A stretch of 64,000 nt of DNA, from the NCBI GenBank assembly GCA_964106645.2, contig OZ067044.1; one strand, 5' to 3'. The position numbers and the translations under genes are program-made. The stretch is from Podarcis pityusensis. Its lineage: Eukaryota. This document shows positions 48,354 to 60,800 of this stretch, piece after piece (within the stretch, counting starts at the first letter, position 1; each line of letters opens with the position of its first letter). The notes under the pieces were generated by a model that searched no databases, had not been told where the DNA came from, and saw nothing but the letters and a program-made list of their open reading frames with translations.

Positions 48354-50777
48354 CTGACATCTCAGACGCGTTTCTTCTTCATTACAAGACACTTCTTGGG
48401 ACCCACTGGAACTCCTTGGATTCACCTGAGTGTTAGGAGGCTCCACAGAGAAAACAGGAAACAGGGGCCTGAGAAACCGGAACTCGCTGTTCAGTGACCC
48501 ACCAGCTAAGCACACCTCATAGTTGTAAGCCTGGGATAGAGATCCAGCACCAGAATCCGCAGAGTTCTCCTGGGAATCAGGTCCCACCGGGAAATTGGCT
48601 GCAGAGTTGTAGGTTCCTATGAACTTTTCACGTTTCTGCAACTTGATTACAACAAACGCCACTACAGAAATGAGAAAGATGCTTGAGATGGCAGCCAAGC
48701 AGATGATCAAATACATCGTCAGGCTGGGGTCTTCCTCCTCCACTGTTTCCTCCTTTGGGAGAGCCACACTTTTCAGATAAGGGTCAGAGAAGCCGTCCAC
48801 TAGAAGGATTCTGAGCGTGGCAGAGGTGGACTGGGGAGGATGGCCGTTGTCTCGGACCACCACAATCAGATTCTGCTTGAAGCTGTCTCGGTTGCTGACC
48901 GGCCTCAGGGTGGTCACTTCTCCATTCTGGGCCCCCACCGTGAACAGACCCGGCTCTGTGGCCTTCAGCAGTTGGTAGGAAAGCCAAGAGTTCTGCGCAG
49001 AATCCCTGTCCACAGCCACCACCTTGGTGACCAGGTAGCTAGTCTCTGCCCCTCGGGGAACCAGGTCATTCGAGGGGGAAGTGCCATTCTGGAGAGGGTA
49101 GAGGATGAAGGGGGCATTGTCATTTTCATCCACGACCTGAACGCGGATGGGAACTTCTGAGCTCAGTGGAGGGGAACCTGAATCCACAGCCCTCACCGTC
49201 ACCTGGAAATCTTGTACTTCCTCATAATCCAGAGACCGGATGGCATACAGGTTCCCCGTTTCAGAGTTGAGGGAGATGTAAGAGGATGTGGGGCCATCAT
49301 TGACCTTCCCAGGCAAAAGCGAGTAGGTCACTTTGGCATTCTGCGCTGTGTCCAGATCAACAGCATGGACCGAATTGATCAGAAGACCTGGAATATTGTT
49401 TTCCCTTAATTTCATTTCATAGAATGGCTTTTCAAACACTGGAGGGTTGTCATTGACATCTGACACTTCAACATGAAGTATTCTGGTGGAAGTGAGTCTG
49501 GGAGAGCCTCTGTCCGTGGCTGTGATGGTGATGTTATACTCAGAGGCTTGTTCTCTGTCCAGTGGTTGTTGGGTCACCAGCTTGTAATAGTTGTTCTCTG
49601 TGGGTTTGAGCACAAATGGCAAGTTGACTTCAGTGGTGCAGGCAGTTCTGCCACTGTCTCCAGAGTCCACGTCTGTGACACTGAAGAGGGCCACCACTGT
49701 GTCTGGGGGAGAGTCTTCAGGTAAGGGACTGGTGATGGATGTGATGGTAATCTCTGGAGCATTGTCGTTCTCATCCTCAATCTCTACAATGACTTTACAG
49801 TAAGCAGAAAGGCCCCCTCCATCTGTGGCTCTGATGTTCATCTCATAATTTGTGTTTTCTTCATAATCAATTGTTGCTGCAGTAGTAAGTTCCCCGGTGT
49901 GTTTATTTAATTTGAATATTCTCAACATATTTTCTGAGACTTGCCTGAATGAATAAGTGATATGTGCGTAGGAACCAAGATCCCTGTCAGTGGCTTCAAC
50001 TTTGGTGACCAGTGTACCTGGTGGAATGTTTTCGAGTAGTTGCACATTATATACAGATTTATTAAAGTGAGGGGCATTGTCATTGGTGTCCAGAACTTGA
50101 ACAATAATTTGTGTACTTCCGCTTCTTCTTGGGATCCCTCCATCAACAGCTGACAGCATTAATGTAATCTGTGGCTTCTCCTCACGGTCTAGCGGTTTCT
50201 CTAACACCAATTCCGCATGTTTGCTACCATCACTGTGACTTTTCACATCCAGCCTAAAATGTTCATTTGGACTAAGGGTGTAGTTCTGAACAGCATTTTT
50301 TCCTTTGTCTGAATCTTCAGCTTTTTCCAAAAGGAATCGGGTATTCGTGGGTGTCTGCTCAGGTATTTCCAAGACAAACTGTTTTTCAGAGAATATGGGG
50401 GAATTATCATTCACGTCCTCTATTTGAATCTCAATTCTGTGCAGCTGCCATGGCTTTTCCAGCACCATTTCACAAAGCAGAACACAAGGGTCATTCTGAC
50501 CACACAGGGACTCTCGGTCTATTTTATTTTTTATTATCACATCCCCAGACTGGGGATCCAGCTCAAAATACTGCTTGGCAGTCTTAGAAAGCAGCTGCGC
50601 TCTCCGAGCAGACAGCTCCTTTACTTCCATTTTCAAATCTTTCAGCAGATTAGCCACCACAGACCCACTTTTCCTTTCCTCAGGCACTGAATAGCGGAAG
50701 GACTCACACACCCCACCACAGGTACAGAGACAGATAAAGAAGAGACAAACTTGCCTGCTATAACGGAGGATTTTCAT
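48354..50777 (-). CDS. PCDHB: Protocadherin beta-like exon, subfamily A (A2); 808 codons to the donor, unspliced stop at 48330
   Basis: Within ORF 48330..51086; the first ATG preceding a signal peptide is at 50777 (MKILRYSRQV). Donor CAG|GTGAGG. Confidence 0.93.
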
Positions 50778-51033
50778 TTTCTTTCCCAGCTTTGTTCTCA
50801 AGGCAGGTTGCAATCCAAGGTGCCTCTTTGTAAAGCAGTTGCCAGAATTGCCCTTTTCTCTGTTATAAGGTCCCTTTGTTGTCCTTGTTTCGTGAAGTAG
50901 ATGCAGCAGTGCTTGCCTCCTACAGATTCTGCAGATTTTGTTGCAATCAAGAGCTGCTACCCTTTTTTCAGATTCCTTTCTTCTAATGGTCACAGCTTCT
51001 GGCACCGCGCAGCAGCTCTGATTTCCACTGCCT

Positions 51034-51060
51034 GTGCAATTGCACCACCTTGTGTTAGAA
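51034..51060 (-). promoter_or_regulatory. CTCF-like promoter element, beta-A type
   Basis: Minus strand TAACACAAGGTGGTGCAATTGCAC. Confidence 0.7.
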
Positions 51061-52078
51061 GTTAAACGCAGCAGCTGTAAGAGCACTCAGACATTGTTGA
51101 TAAGCACAGAACAGTTCTTCTCAAACTCTTTCCGCCCCCTGCACCAAGACTGATCACTGCCAAATAGCTGAGTGTCTTGGTGGACCACCTAATGATCTTT
51201 TAGCTTGTTGTAGCAACTGTAATGAGCTGTTGCTAGATTGTATTTGTATAGTGTTGTATTTTTATTGCTTTTTTATTTCCTATATTGTATTTTATTATAT
51301 TACCATCTGAATTCCATAGACAAAATACAAAATACTGTAATAAAAGTAAAATTCAACATAAGAAGTAAAATAAGCAATAAAAGTACAATGGGAAGCTAAC
51401 GTGCTAAACCCACCATTCATAGGTGCTGGTCTCCACGGATGACCTGAATAAAGCTTGCAGACCACTGGTGGTCTACAGGCAACAGTTTGGAAACCCCTAG
51501 CATAGAATATTCTTTGATATTTAATGCCTGTTACGTTTACATTTTATAAACAGTAAATAATTATACTCATACATACACACAAACACATTTCTTCACCATA
51601 AAACTCAGTGAGATGTTTAGAATATGAAGGGAACAACATTGGCATGACTATATCCTCATAGCAAAAAGGTATGCAGGGAGGCCAAGGAAAAAGAAATGAA
51701 AGATGAACACTGATCTTTAAGGTCCCTCTTCATCTGATAATGTTTAGGATGCCCAGGGAAAACCACGAAGATGTCCAGCCCTCATCTAGACCTATCATCA
51801 GAAAGTTCACAGTTCCATTCACAGAGATTCAGGAACTGAAATTCCATTAGTAAAATGTCTCCAGCATCCCCTTGTGGAAGTGACCCTGGCAAGGCTCTCT
51901 CATTACTTCATTTAAGATGGCCTTTAACCTTCTCGCCCAAGCCATGCTGCTTTGCTATGAATCTCTGATTGAGTTCTAGAAGTGCCTGTTGCTGATGATG
52001 CAATGACAAGGAGAAATAGAGCAGCTGGAACTCTCACTTGGTCCCCGCTAGTAAGCCCACCACCACTGGGACCAGGTA

Positions 52079-52080
<2 letters not shown>

Positions 52081-52122
<42 letters not shown>
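52081..52122 (+). repeat. (AC)n microsatellite
   Basis: About 21 AC units seen directly. Confidence 0.95.
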
Positions 52123-52123
<1 letters not shown>

Positions 52124-52246
52124 AATTGGCTCTGGAGAAAAGGCTTTTTATTTCCCACCACACCTAGTCTGCATTGCAGTGGTGGAAGGCGGCCTGCCTT
52201 GATGAATGGGACTGGTGTTAATTACATTTGGCTATCTAACTAAAAA

Positions 52247-52595
52247 GGACACGGGTGGCGCTGTGGGTTAAACCACAGAGCCTAGGGCTTGCTGATCAGA
52301 AGGTCGGCAGTTCGAATCCCCGCGACGAGGTGAGCTCCCGTTGCTCGGTCCCTGCTTCTGCCAACCTAGCAGTTCGAAAGCACGTCAAAGTGCAAGTAGA
52401 TAAATAGGTACCGCTCTGGCGGGAAAGTAAACGGTGTTTCCATGCGCTGCTCTGGTTCACCAGAAGCGGCTTAGTCATGCTGGCCACATGACCTGGAAGC
52501 TGTACACCGGCTCCCTCGGCCAATAAAGCGAGATGAGCACCGCAACCCCAGAGTCGTCCACGACTGGACCTAATGGTCAGGGGTCCCTTTACCTT
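52247..52595 (+). mobile_element. Full-length Sauria SINE
   Basis: Same family as 30317-30665; TSD TATCTAACTAAAAAG on both sides; ACCTTT tail. Confidence 0.92.
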
Positions 52596-55131
52596 TATCT
52601 AACTAAAAAGGGAGTGGCTTGCTAATAATGATGGGAGAGGAAGTAAAGAGATGTAACTTGGTGAACACCCTGAGTCACCATTTGGGTTATTTAGATGGGT
52701 AAGGGGGCTTCTTCTGACAAGCCTTTCAGGGGTCCTGGGCTTGAAAAGTCAGAATCCTCTGCTCAGTTACACAAAACTAGTTGAGCTCAGAGAAGGTGTG
52801 ACTCTGATCTGGTGTGCCTTGGCAAGTCTTTGGCTCTGTGGGCAGGGAGGAGCAGGATGGGGTCTTCCTGACTAGTGTCTCCACCATCTCACCCAAGTGG
52901 TGTTAAAAAAAAATACCTGCCCTGGGCAACTACCATGAAAAAGAATGTATCTCACTGCAGTCTTACAAAATAATACAGCTCCAGCCCTTCAACCCCAAAA
53001 TCTTGAGTTCTCATTCCTTATTCTTGGGCTGATGTACTGTATAACTCTGCAATACTCACTTCCCATAAATATGTATCTGCACTTTCAGTTGCCTTGCAGA
53101 CTTCGGAGCTGAATAAAGCATCTAACATTTTGTAATGCTGCCCCTAATATCTGCAGTTCCCAGCGCCTATACCTAACCCTATGACAGTAGACTTCTTCCC
53201 CCGAAAAGGCCCTAAGCCCCTGGCTGCCCCACTTCCTGCCTGCCTCAGTCTCAACTCCCTCTCCACATCCTGCATCATCCGTCAGCCTTGATCACCATTC
53301 TCCCAAACTGAAATAAAGGAATACAAAGTAAGCGTCAGGAAGTCAAGTGAGTGGCAGCCCCTGAGTGCCCACAGCCCCCATATTGCTGTCAGCTTTAGTA
53401 CTGCCCCACACCTGCTGAAGGAGAGTATTGGAGCTGAAAGACAAATGCTAAGTATTGGTACACACAGGCTAAGGTGTAAGAAGCACAAAATTTGAGACTC
53501 TACATCGTCTTTACATGGCTTTTGGGAACGTGAGTGAACTTACAGGTTGCAACTGTGACCTGCAGCTGTTTACAAATAACATGCTATGCGCTGAATGGTG
53601 TGAGGGGTTGGATTTTGAGTGAAGAAATATACTGTTAGCTAGAGCAAGAAAGACCAACTGTGAGACAGATTAATTAATTAAATATGCTTCAACAAAGTTC
53701 CAGAAAAGTTGTCAAAGAAAGATCAATATCAGGTGGTATATTTTGCCTGTATGATTCCTGCATTTGCTCTATTAGAATTCATATATTTTCAGGGTTTGTT
53801 TAAACATGAAAGCTATTCAGCCAACAACCTGTTCCATATGTTTAAAATATTCCACATTTACACATTAAGCTCTTGTTCTCAGATGTGATGAAGATCACTG
53901 AACATGTTAGATACAACACACTGTTGTCTTGCTTTCTGTTACACCTCTTCTGCATATACCATATCAGATTTGGGGGATAAAACATATGATTAGTAATAGA
54001 GACAAGCAATTTAAATACACACAAACAAATCACCCTGTTTAATTATTTGAATCAGTACTTGCAATCTTAACTCAAAACCTCAACTAAAACTCTGAACACA
54101 TCCTAACCATACATTTAAAGCACTAAGCTTCCTCCAAATAATAATAGGAACTGCGGTTTATCTCTCATAAAGCTTTAGATGTGCTATAAATATATGGTGC
54201 GGATGTGGCCTCCATTTCAGCCTGCACTTTTAAGGAATCTGGGTGAGTATAAACTGAAAAGGAAGATATGTGCCGTTGGGAGAAGAGAAGAGGAACCTGG
54301 AACAAGAGTAGACAGAGGCAGTGGGAGAGGGGAGCCAGAGAGGTGATGTGAGAAGGATAAAGGAAGGTGGCCTCATGTAAAACACCTGAATAATGGAAAG
54401 CATTCAGGGACGGGATATCCGGTGGGCAGGGAAGCAATAGCTTGTGGTGGAGTCAAGACACCCCATTATCTCTACATTGGGTTACTTTAAAATGTTGCAG
54501 GATCTGAAGGTGTTGCCAGCGGGGATTTGGGACTTACTCAATATTTGACCGGCTTCCATACATTTATACTTTTGTGCTTATGGTTCCTATCCTCCACCAT
54601 CACCCTTGCAGGTTGTTACATTTTTACTCCTTTTTCCCTCCCGAAAGGTCATAATACAAAATCCTACCATTGGTTTATCTACACCAGTAATGTCTGATTA
54701 GAAGTCACTCTCCAAGTTTTCAATGCCTTGATGGACTAAGACTAGATTTCCTAGGCCACCCAGTGAGTTAATGGTTCAACCGGGATTTCAAACAAGGTCT
54801 CTGTGTGCAACCCCCCTAATAAGGGCACAAGGATGCCTGAAAGGAAAGAGCAGGATCCAGAAACAGGTGCAATGGGACAGTTAAGACCTGCATCAGTGGA
54901 ATAACTACAGGCAGAGAACCGTCACTGATCCACAATGGATGTGTGAGGGTAACTGCAATCAAAACCCCACTCAGCCCTAACCAGTTCTCGCATATAGTCG
55001 TCTCACTTTACCAAATAGGACAGTCAGGTTGTTGAGGTGTTTCACAGAATATCATTGCAGAAATCCTATTTGAATCTTTCCATCCCTCCCCCTCTCTATA
55101 CTCAGCAAAAGGTTCTTTAAAATTATCTCAC

Positions 55132-57552
55132 CTGTTCCACTGGCTTCCTGCTCTCCAAAGCATCAGGAATATCTTGGGAAGCAGACGGAGGGGTCTGGTT
55201 CACATTGAGGTTTGGGTCCCCCACAGAAAAAACAGGAATGAGGGGCCTGAGGAACCTGAACTCGCTGCTCAAGGACCCACCGGTTAAGCAAACATCATAA
55301 TGGTAACTCCTGGAAAGAGACCCGCTCTGAGAATCGCCACAGTTCTCTGGGATGTCGGGTCTGGCAGGTGGGAAGTGAGGAGGGGCAGCGATAAAACTTT
55401 CCCTGGGATCCCTCCTGCAGATCTTGATGGCAGCAAAGGAAACAATGCAAACAAGGAACACAAAGGAGACTGCAGCCAGGCAGATCACCAAGTACAAGGT
55501 CAAGGTCCCATCTTCTTCGTGTTCCTCTTTACTGACCTCCACAGCCTTCATATAAGGATCCGAAAAGCCACCCACGGGAAGGACATGGAGCATGGCAGTG
55601 CTGCTCTGGGGAGGGAGCCCGTTGTCCCTGACCACTATCAGGAGTCTCTGCTTGCTGGTGTCTCGCTCGCTCAGGGCTCTCCTAGTTCTCACTTCCCCAT
55701 TCTGGGCTCCTATGCTGAAAAGACCAGGGTCTGTGGCCTTCAGCAGCTCATAGGAAAGCCACGAGTTCTGGCCAGAATCTCCATCCACAGCCACCACCTT
55801 GGTGACCAGGTAGCCGGCCTCCACCAACTTGGGGACCAGCTCATTGCAGGGGGATGTGCTGTTCTGAAGAGGGTAGAGGAAGAAGGGAGCGTTGTCGTTT
55901 TCGTCTGTGATTACGACTCGGACAGTAACTTCTGAGCTGAGGGGAGGAGACCCTCCATCTGTAGCCCTCACCGTCACTTTGAAATCTTTGATCTGCTCAT
56001 AATCCAGAGATCGGAGGGCATACAGATTTCCGCTTTCAGAGTTGACTGAGATGTAAGAGGCCACAACGCCATCAGTGACCTTCCCAGGCAAAAGGGAGTA
56101 GGTGACCTTGGCATTCTTCTCAGTGTCTAGATCAGCAGCACGGACTGAGCCAATGAGCAGTCCTGCAATATTGTTTTCCCGTATCTGCATTTCACATGAA
56201 GTCTTTTCAAATACTGGAGGGTTGTCGTTGACATCTGAGATCTGAATGTTAATCACTCTTGTTGAAGTGAGCCTGGGGGAGCCTCGGTCAGTGGCTGTGA
56301 TGGTGACATTATACTCTGAGACCTTCTCTCTGTCCAAGGGACTTTGGACCACAAGCTGGTAATAATTATTCATAGTGGATTTTAACATAAAAGGAAGGTT
56401 TGCCTCCACAGAGCACATGGTTCTGCCATTGTCTCCGGAGTCTTGGTCTGTGACTGTGAAGAGAGCCACAAGTGTCTCCAGGGGAGAATCCTCTGCCAGA
56501 GGACTGGTGATGGATATGATGGACACTTCAGGGACATTGTCATTCACATCCTCAATCTCTACCAGGACCTTGCAGTGACCTGAAAGACCCCCTCCATCTG
56601 TTGCCCTGATGTTCATGTCATACCTGGTTTCTTTTTCATAATCAAGCTGACCAGAAAGAGTGATTTCCCCCGTGATTTCATTTAAATAAAAGAAACTGTA
56701 TATTTTTTCCGGTGCCTGGTGGAATGAGTAGGTGATCTGTGCATTTGAACCAAAATCCAAATCTGTAGCTTCCACTTTGAAGACCAGAGTGCCCTGTGGG
56801 CTGTTTTCTTTTAACCTAGCTTTGTATTCAGGCTGGGTAAACAGAGGAAAGTTGTCATTATTGTCAAGAACATCAATATTTATTTTAACTGTTCCTGTTC
56901 TCTGTGGCACTCCTCCATCTACAGCCATGAGGGTCAATCCAAAGTGTGAGTCCTTCTCCCTGTCCAGTGGCTTCTGCAGAACAAGATGCACATATTTCCT
57001 TCCATCCTTGTTGCTTTCCACATATAGTCGGAAATGCTCATTGGGACTGAGTGTGTAGTTTTGGATACTGTTTTCTCCTAAGTCCTCATCTTGGGCAGAT
57101 TCCAAGAGGAACTGTGTGTTTGTAGGAACCATCTCTGGAATTTCCAGATCAAATTTATCTTTAGAGAATTTGGGAGTATTGTCATTCACATCTTCTATCT
57201 TCATTTCTATACTGTAGATATTTAAGGGGTTTTGAAGCACAATTTCAGACAGCAGCATGCAAGGATCAGTCTGGCCACATAAAGCTTCTCTGTCTATTTT
57301 ATCATTTATCAGCAAATTCCCAGAGTGAGTATCAAGGTGGAAATATTGCTTTGTGCTTTTGGACACTAGCTGGGCTCTGCGAGCAGAGAGCTCCCCTTTT
57401 CCCAGTTTCAAATCCTCCAGCACATTAGCCACCAAAAACCCCTTTTTCTTTTCTTCAGGTACAGAATAGCGAAATGAAATGCAGACTGTTTTCAACACAA
57501 AGAGAAAAAGCAAAAGATACAGACCTTTCATCTTTCTGAAGCTATCATTCAT
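55132..57552 (-). CDS. PCDHB: Protocadherin beta-like exon, subfamily B (B2); 807 codons to the donor, unspliced stop at 55123
   Basis: ORF 55123..57561; first ATG at 57552 (MNDSFRKMKGLYL). Donor CAG|GTGAGA. Confidence 0.93.
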
Positions 57553-57780
57553 GGTTTCCACCTCTTCCAGAGTGTTAAAGCACTGACCAAAGCTTCTTTC
57601 ATCCTCTGATCATCTTTGCAGCTTGATGAATAATCTTTGTGCTGCAATTTTTATTGTTTTTCATTCTCCTGAGCCTCATATCTTCACACCAGCATCTACC
57701 TCCCGTATCATTGCTATACTGCCTCTTCAAGGTTTCAACAAATGCAACAATACAATATTCTCAGTGTCCATGAAAATGTT

Positions 57781-57804
57781 GGCCAATTCTGCCACCTTGT
57801 GGTT
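57781..57804 (-). promoter_or_regulatory. CTCF site, beta-B type, with adjacent CCAAT/ATTGG
   Basis: Minus strand AACCACAAGGTGGCAGAATTGGCC. Confidence 0.8.
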
Positions 57805-58107
57805 AAATAAAAATAAAACCAATATTGCACTTATACAAGAGATACACTTGTGTGGAAATCTCCATTTTATTCCTAATAATCTGTTATGTGGTTTAATTGT
57901 CAGCAGCTAATATATACATAGGATTATTAAGAATTTCCAAAATCAATGGATGAATGAAAAAAAAGAGAGAGAGAACAACATTCCCCCATTTACAATTCAT
58001 TGTGCTCATGCTTAAATGCCTCTGTAATAACTAGATTATAGTACAGAGAGGGAACTAATCATAAACATACCTTGCAATGTTAAAAATAAAGAAAAGTATA
58101 TTCTCAC

Positions 58108-60531
58108 CTGAACCCCATGTTGACTTTCACCTGCATGACTGGGGACTCCTTCAGAATCACTGGAACTCCTTGGATTCACCTGAGTGTTAGGAGGCTCCAC
58201 AGAGAAAACAGGAAACAGGGGCCTGAGAAACCGGAACTCGCTGTTCAGAGACCCACCCGCTAAGCACACCTCATAGTTGTAAGCCTGGGATAGAGATCCA
58301 GCACCAGAATCCGCAGAGTTCTCCTGGGAATCAGGTCCCACCGGGAAATTGGATCCAGAGTTGTAGGTTCCTATGAACTTTTCACGTTTCTGCAACTTGA
58401 TTACAACAAACGCCACTACAGAAATGAGAAAGATGCTTGAGATGGCAGCCAAGCAGATGATCAAATACATCGTCAGGCTGGGGTCTTCCTCCTCCACTGT
58501 TTCCCCCTTTGGGAGAGCCACACTTTTCAGATAAGGGTCAGAGAAGCCGTCCACTAGAAGGATTCTGAGCGTGGCAGAGGTGGACTGGGGAGGATGGCCG
58601 TTGTCTCGGACCATCACAATCAGATTCTGCTTGAAGCTGTCTCGGTTGCTGACCGGCCTCAGGGTGGTCACTTCTCCATTCTGGGCCCCCACCGTGAACA
58701 GACCCGGCTCTGTGGCCTTCAGCAGTTGGTAGGAAAGCCAAGAGTTCTGCGCAGAATCCCTGTCCACAGCCACCACCTTGGTGACCAGGTAGCCAGTCTC
58801 TGCCCCTCGGGGAACCAGGTCATTCGAGGGGGAAGTGCCATTCTGGAGAGGGTAGAGGATGAAGGGGGCATTGTCATTTTCATCCACGACCTGAACGCGG
58901 ATGGGAACTTCTGAGCTCAGTGGAGGGGAACCTGAATCCACAGCCCTCACCGTCACATGGAAATCTTGTACTTCCTCATAATCCAGAGACCGGATGGCAT
59001 ACAGGTTCCCCGTTTCAGAGTTGATGGAGATGTAAGAGGATGTGGGGCCATCATTGACCTTCCCAGGCAAAAGCGAGTAGGTCACTTTGGCATTCTGCGC
59101 TGTGTCCAGATCAACAGCATGGACCGAATTGATCAGAAGACCAGGAATATTGTTTTCTCTTAACTGCATTTGATAGAATGGCTTTTCAAACACTGGAGGG
59201 TTGTCATTGACATCTGAAATTTGAACATGAAGTATTCTTGTGGAAGTGAGTCTGGGGGAGCCCCTGTCCGTGGCTGTGATAGTGATGTTATATTCACTGA
59301 CTTTTTCCCTGTCCAGTGGTTGTTGGGTCACCAGCTGGTAATAGTTGTTTTCTGTGGGTCTGAGCACAAATGGCAGGTTGACTTCAGTGGTGCAGGCAGT
59401 TCTGCCACTGTCCCCAGAGTCCACATCTGTGACACTGAAGAGGGCCACCACTGTGTCTGGGGGAGAATACTCAGGTAAGGGACTGGTGATGGAAGTGATT
59501 GATATCTCTGGGGCATTGTCATTCTCATCTTCAATGTCTACAATTACTTTACAGTAAGCTGAAAGCCCTCCTCCATCTGAGGCTTTGATGTGCATCTCAT
59601 AGCTGGTGATTTCTTCATAGTCAGTCATCCCTACAACAGTGAGTTCCCCAGTGTGTTTGTTTAACTTGAATGATCTCAACACATCTTCTGGAACTTCACT
59701 GAAGGAATAAGTGATGTGAGCATTGGTACCAGAATCCCTGTCAGTGGCTTCCACTTTTGCGACCAACGTATCCAATGGGCTGTTTTCCATTAGTTTCACA
59801 TTGTACTCAGATTGTGGAAACTGAGGTACATTATCATTAGCATCCAGAATATCGATGAGAAGCTGTGCTGTTCCAGTTCTTTTTGGGATCCCCCCATCGA
59901 TAGCTGACAGAGTAAGATAAATGTGTGGATTCACCTCACGGTCTAGTGGTTTCTCTAACACCAATTCTGCGTATTTGCTACCATCACTGTGACTTTTCAA
60001 ACTCAGCCTAAAATGTTCATTAGGACTAAGGGTGTAGTTCTGAACAGCATTTTTTCCTTTGTCTGAGTCTTGAGCTTTCTCCAAAGGAAATCTGATATCC
60101 ACAGGAGTCTGCTCAGGTATTTCAAGAAGGAATTGATTTTTAGAGAATTTGGGGGAATTATCATTCACATCCTCTATCTGAACTTCAATTCTGTGTAGCT
60201 GCAATGGCTTTTCCAGCACAATTTCAGACAGTAGAAGACAAGGATCATTCTGACCACACAGGGACTCCCGATCTATTTTATCCTTTACTGTCACATCCCC
60301 AGAATGAGGATCCAGCTGGAAATACTGCTTGGAGCTCTTAGAAACCAGCCGGGCTCTCCGAGCAGACAGCTCCTTTGCATCCACTCTCAAATCTTTTAGC
60401 ACATTTGCCACCAGAAACCCATTTTTCTTTTCCTCTGGCACTGAATAGCGGAAAGACTCACACATTGCTATGCATGCACAGAGACACAGGGAAAAAGACC
60501 AAACTTGCCTGATCTTGAGGGGCATTTCCAT
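58108..60531 (-). CDS. PCDHB: Protocadherin beta-like exon, subfamily A (A3); 808 codons from ATG 60531 (an in-frame upstream ATG exists at 60564), unspliced stop at 58036
   Basis: ORF 58036..60564; same beta-A signatures. Donor CAG|GTGAGA. Confidence 0.93.
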
Positions 60532-60770
60532 TCTCCCAGCCTCTCCTCCTGAAATGCAAGGCATTGTCCTCTTCTCTATTCCAAGGCGTGTCTCTTCTTA
60601 ACTGTATTTATCTTCTGAAAGTGACACTGTGTCCTGCTTATTCCTACTGAAATTTCTGAAGACTGGCTTGCAATAGGGGTCTGCTGTTTTTCCTGTGCTG
60701 ATTCCTTTGTCTAATGGCTACAGCTCTTGAGGAGAGCAACTGCTGCTCCCCAATTTCCTTCTTTTATCTT

Positions 60771-60800
60771 GTGCAATACCACCACCTTGTGTTTGAACTA
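60771..60800 (-). promoter_or_regulatory. CTCF-like promoter element, beta-A type
   Basis: Minus strand AAACACAAGGTGGTGGTATTGCAC. Confidence 0.7.

Noticed and set aside
50778-51086. 103-aa N-terminal extension of the A2 ORF (and shorter extensions on A1, B1, B2)
   Set aside because: These begin at non-ATG codons, are not conserved among paralogs, and in A2 run through the promoter CTCF motif. Homologous ATGs give uniform 808/807-codon exons.
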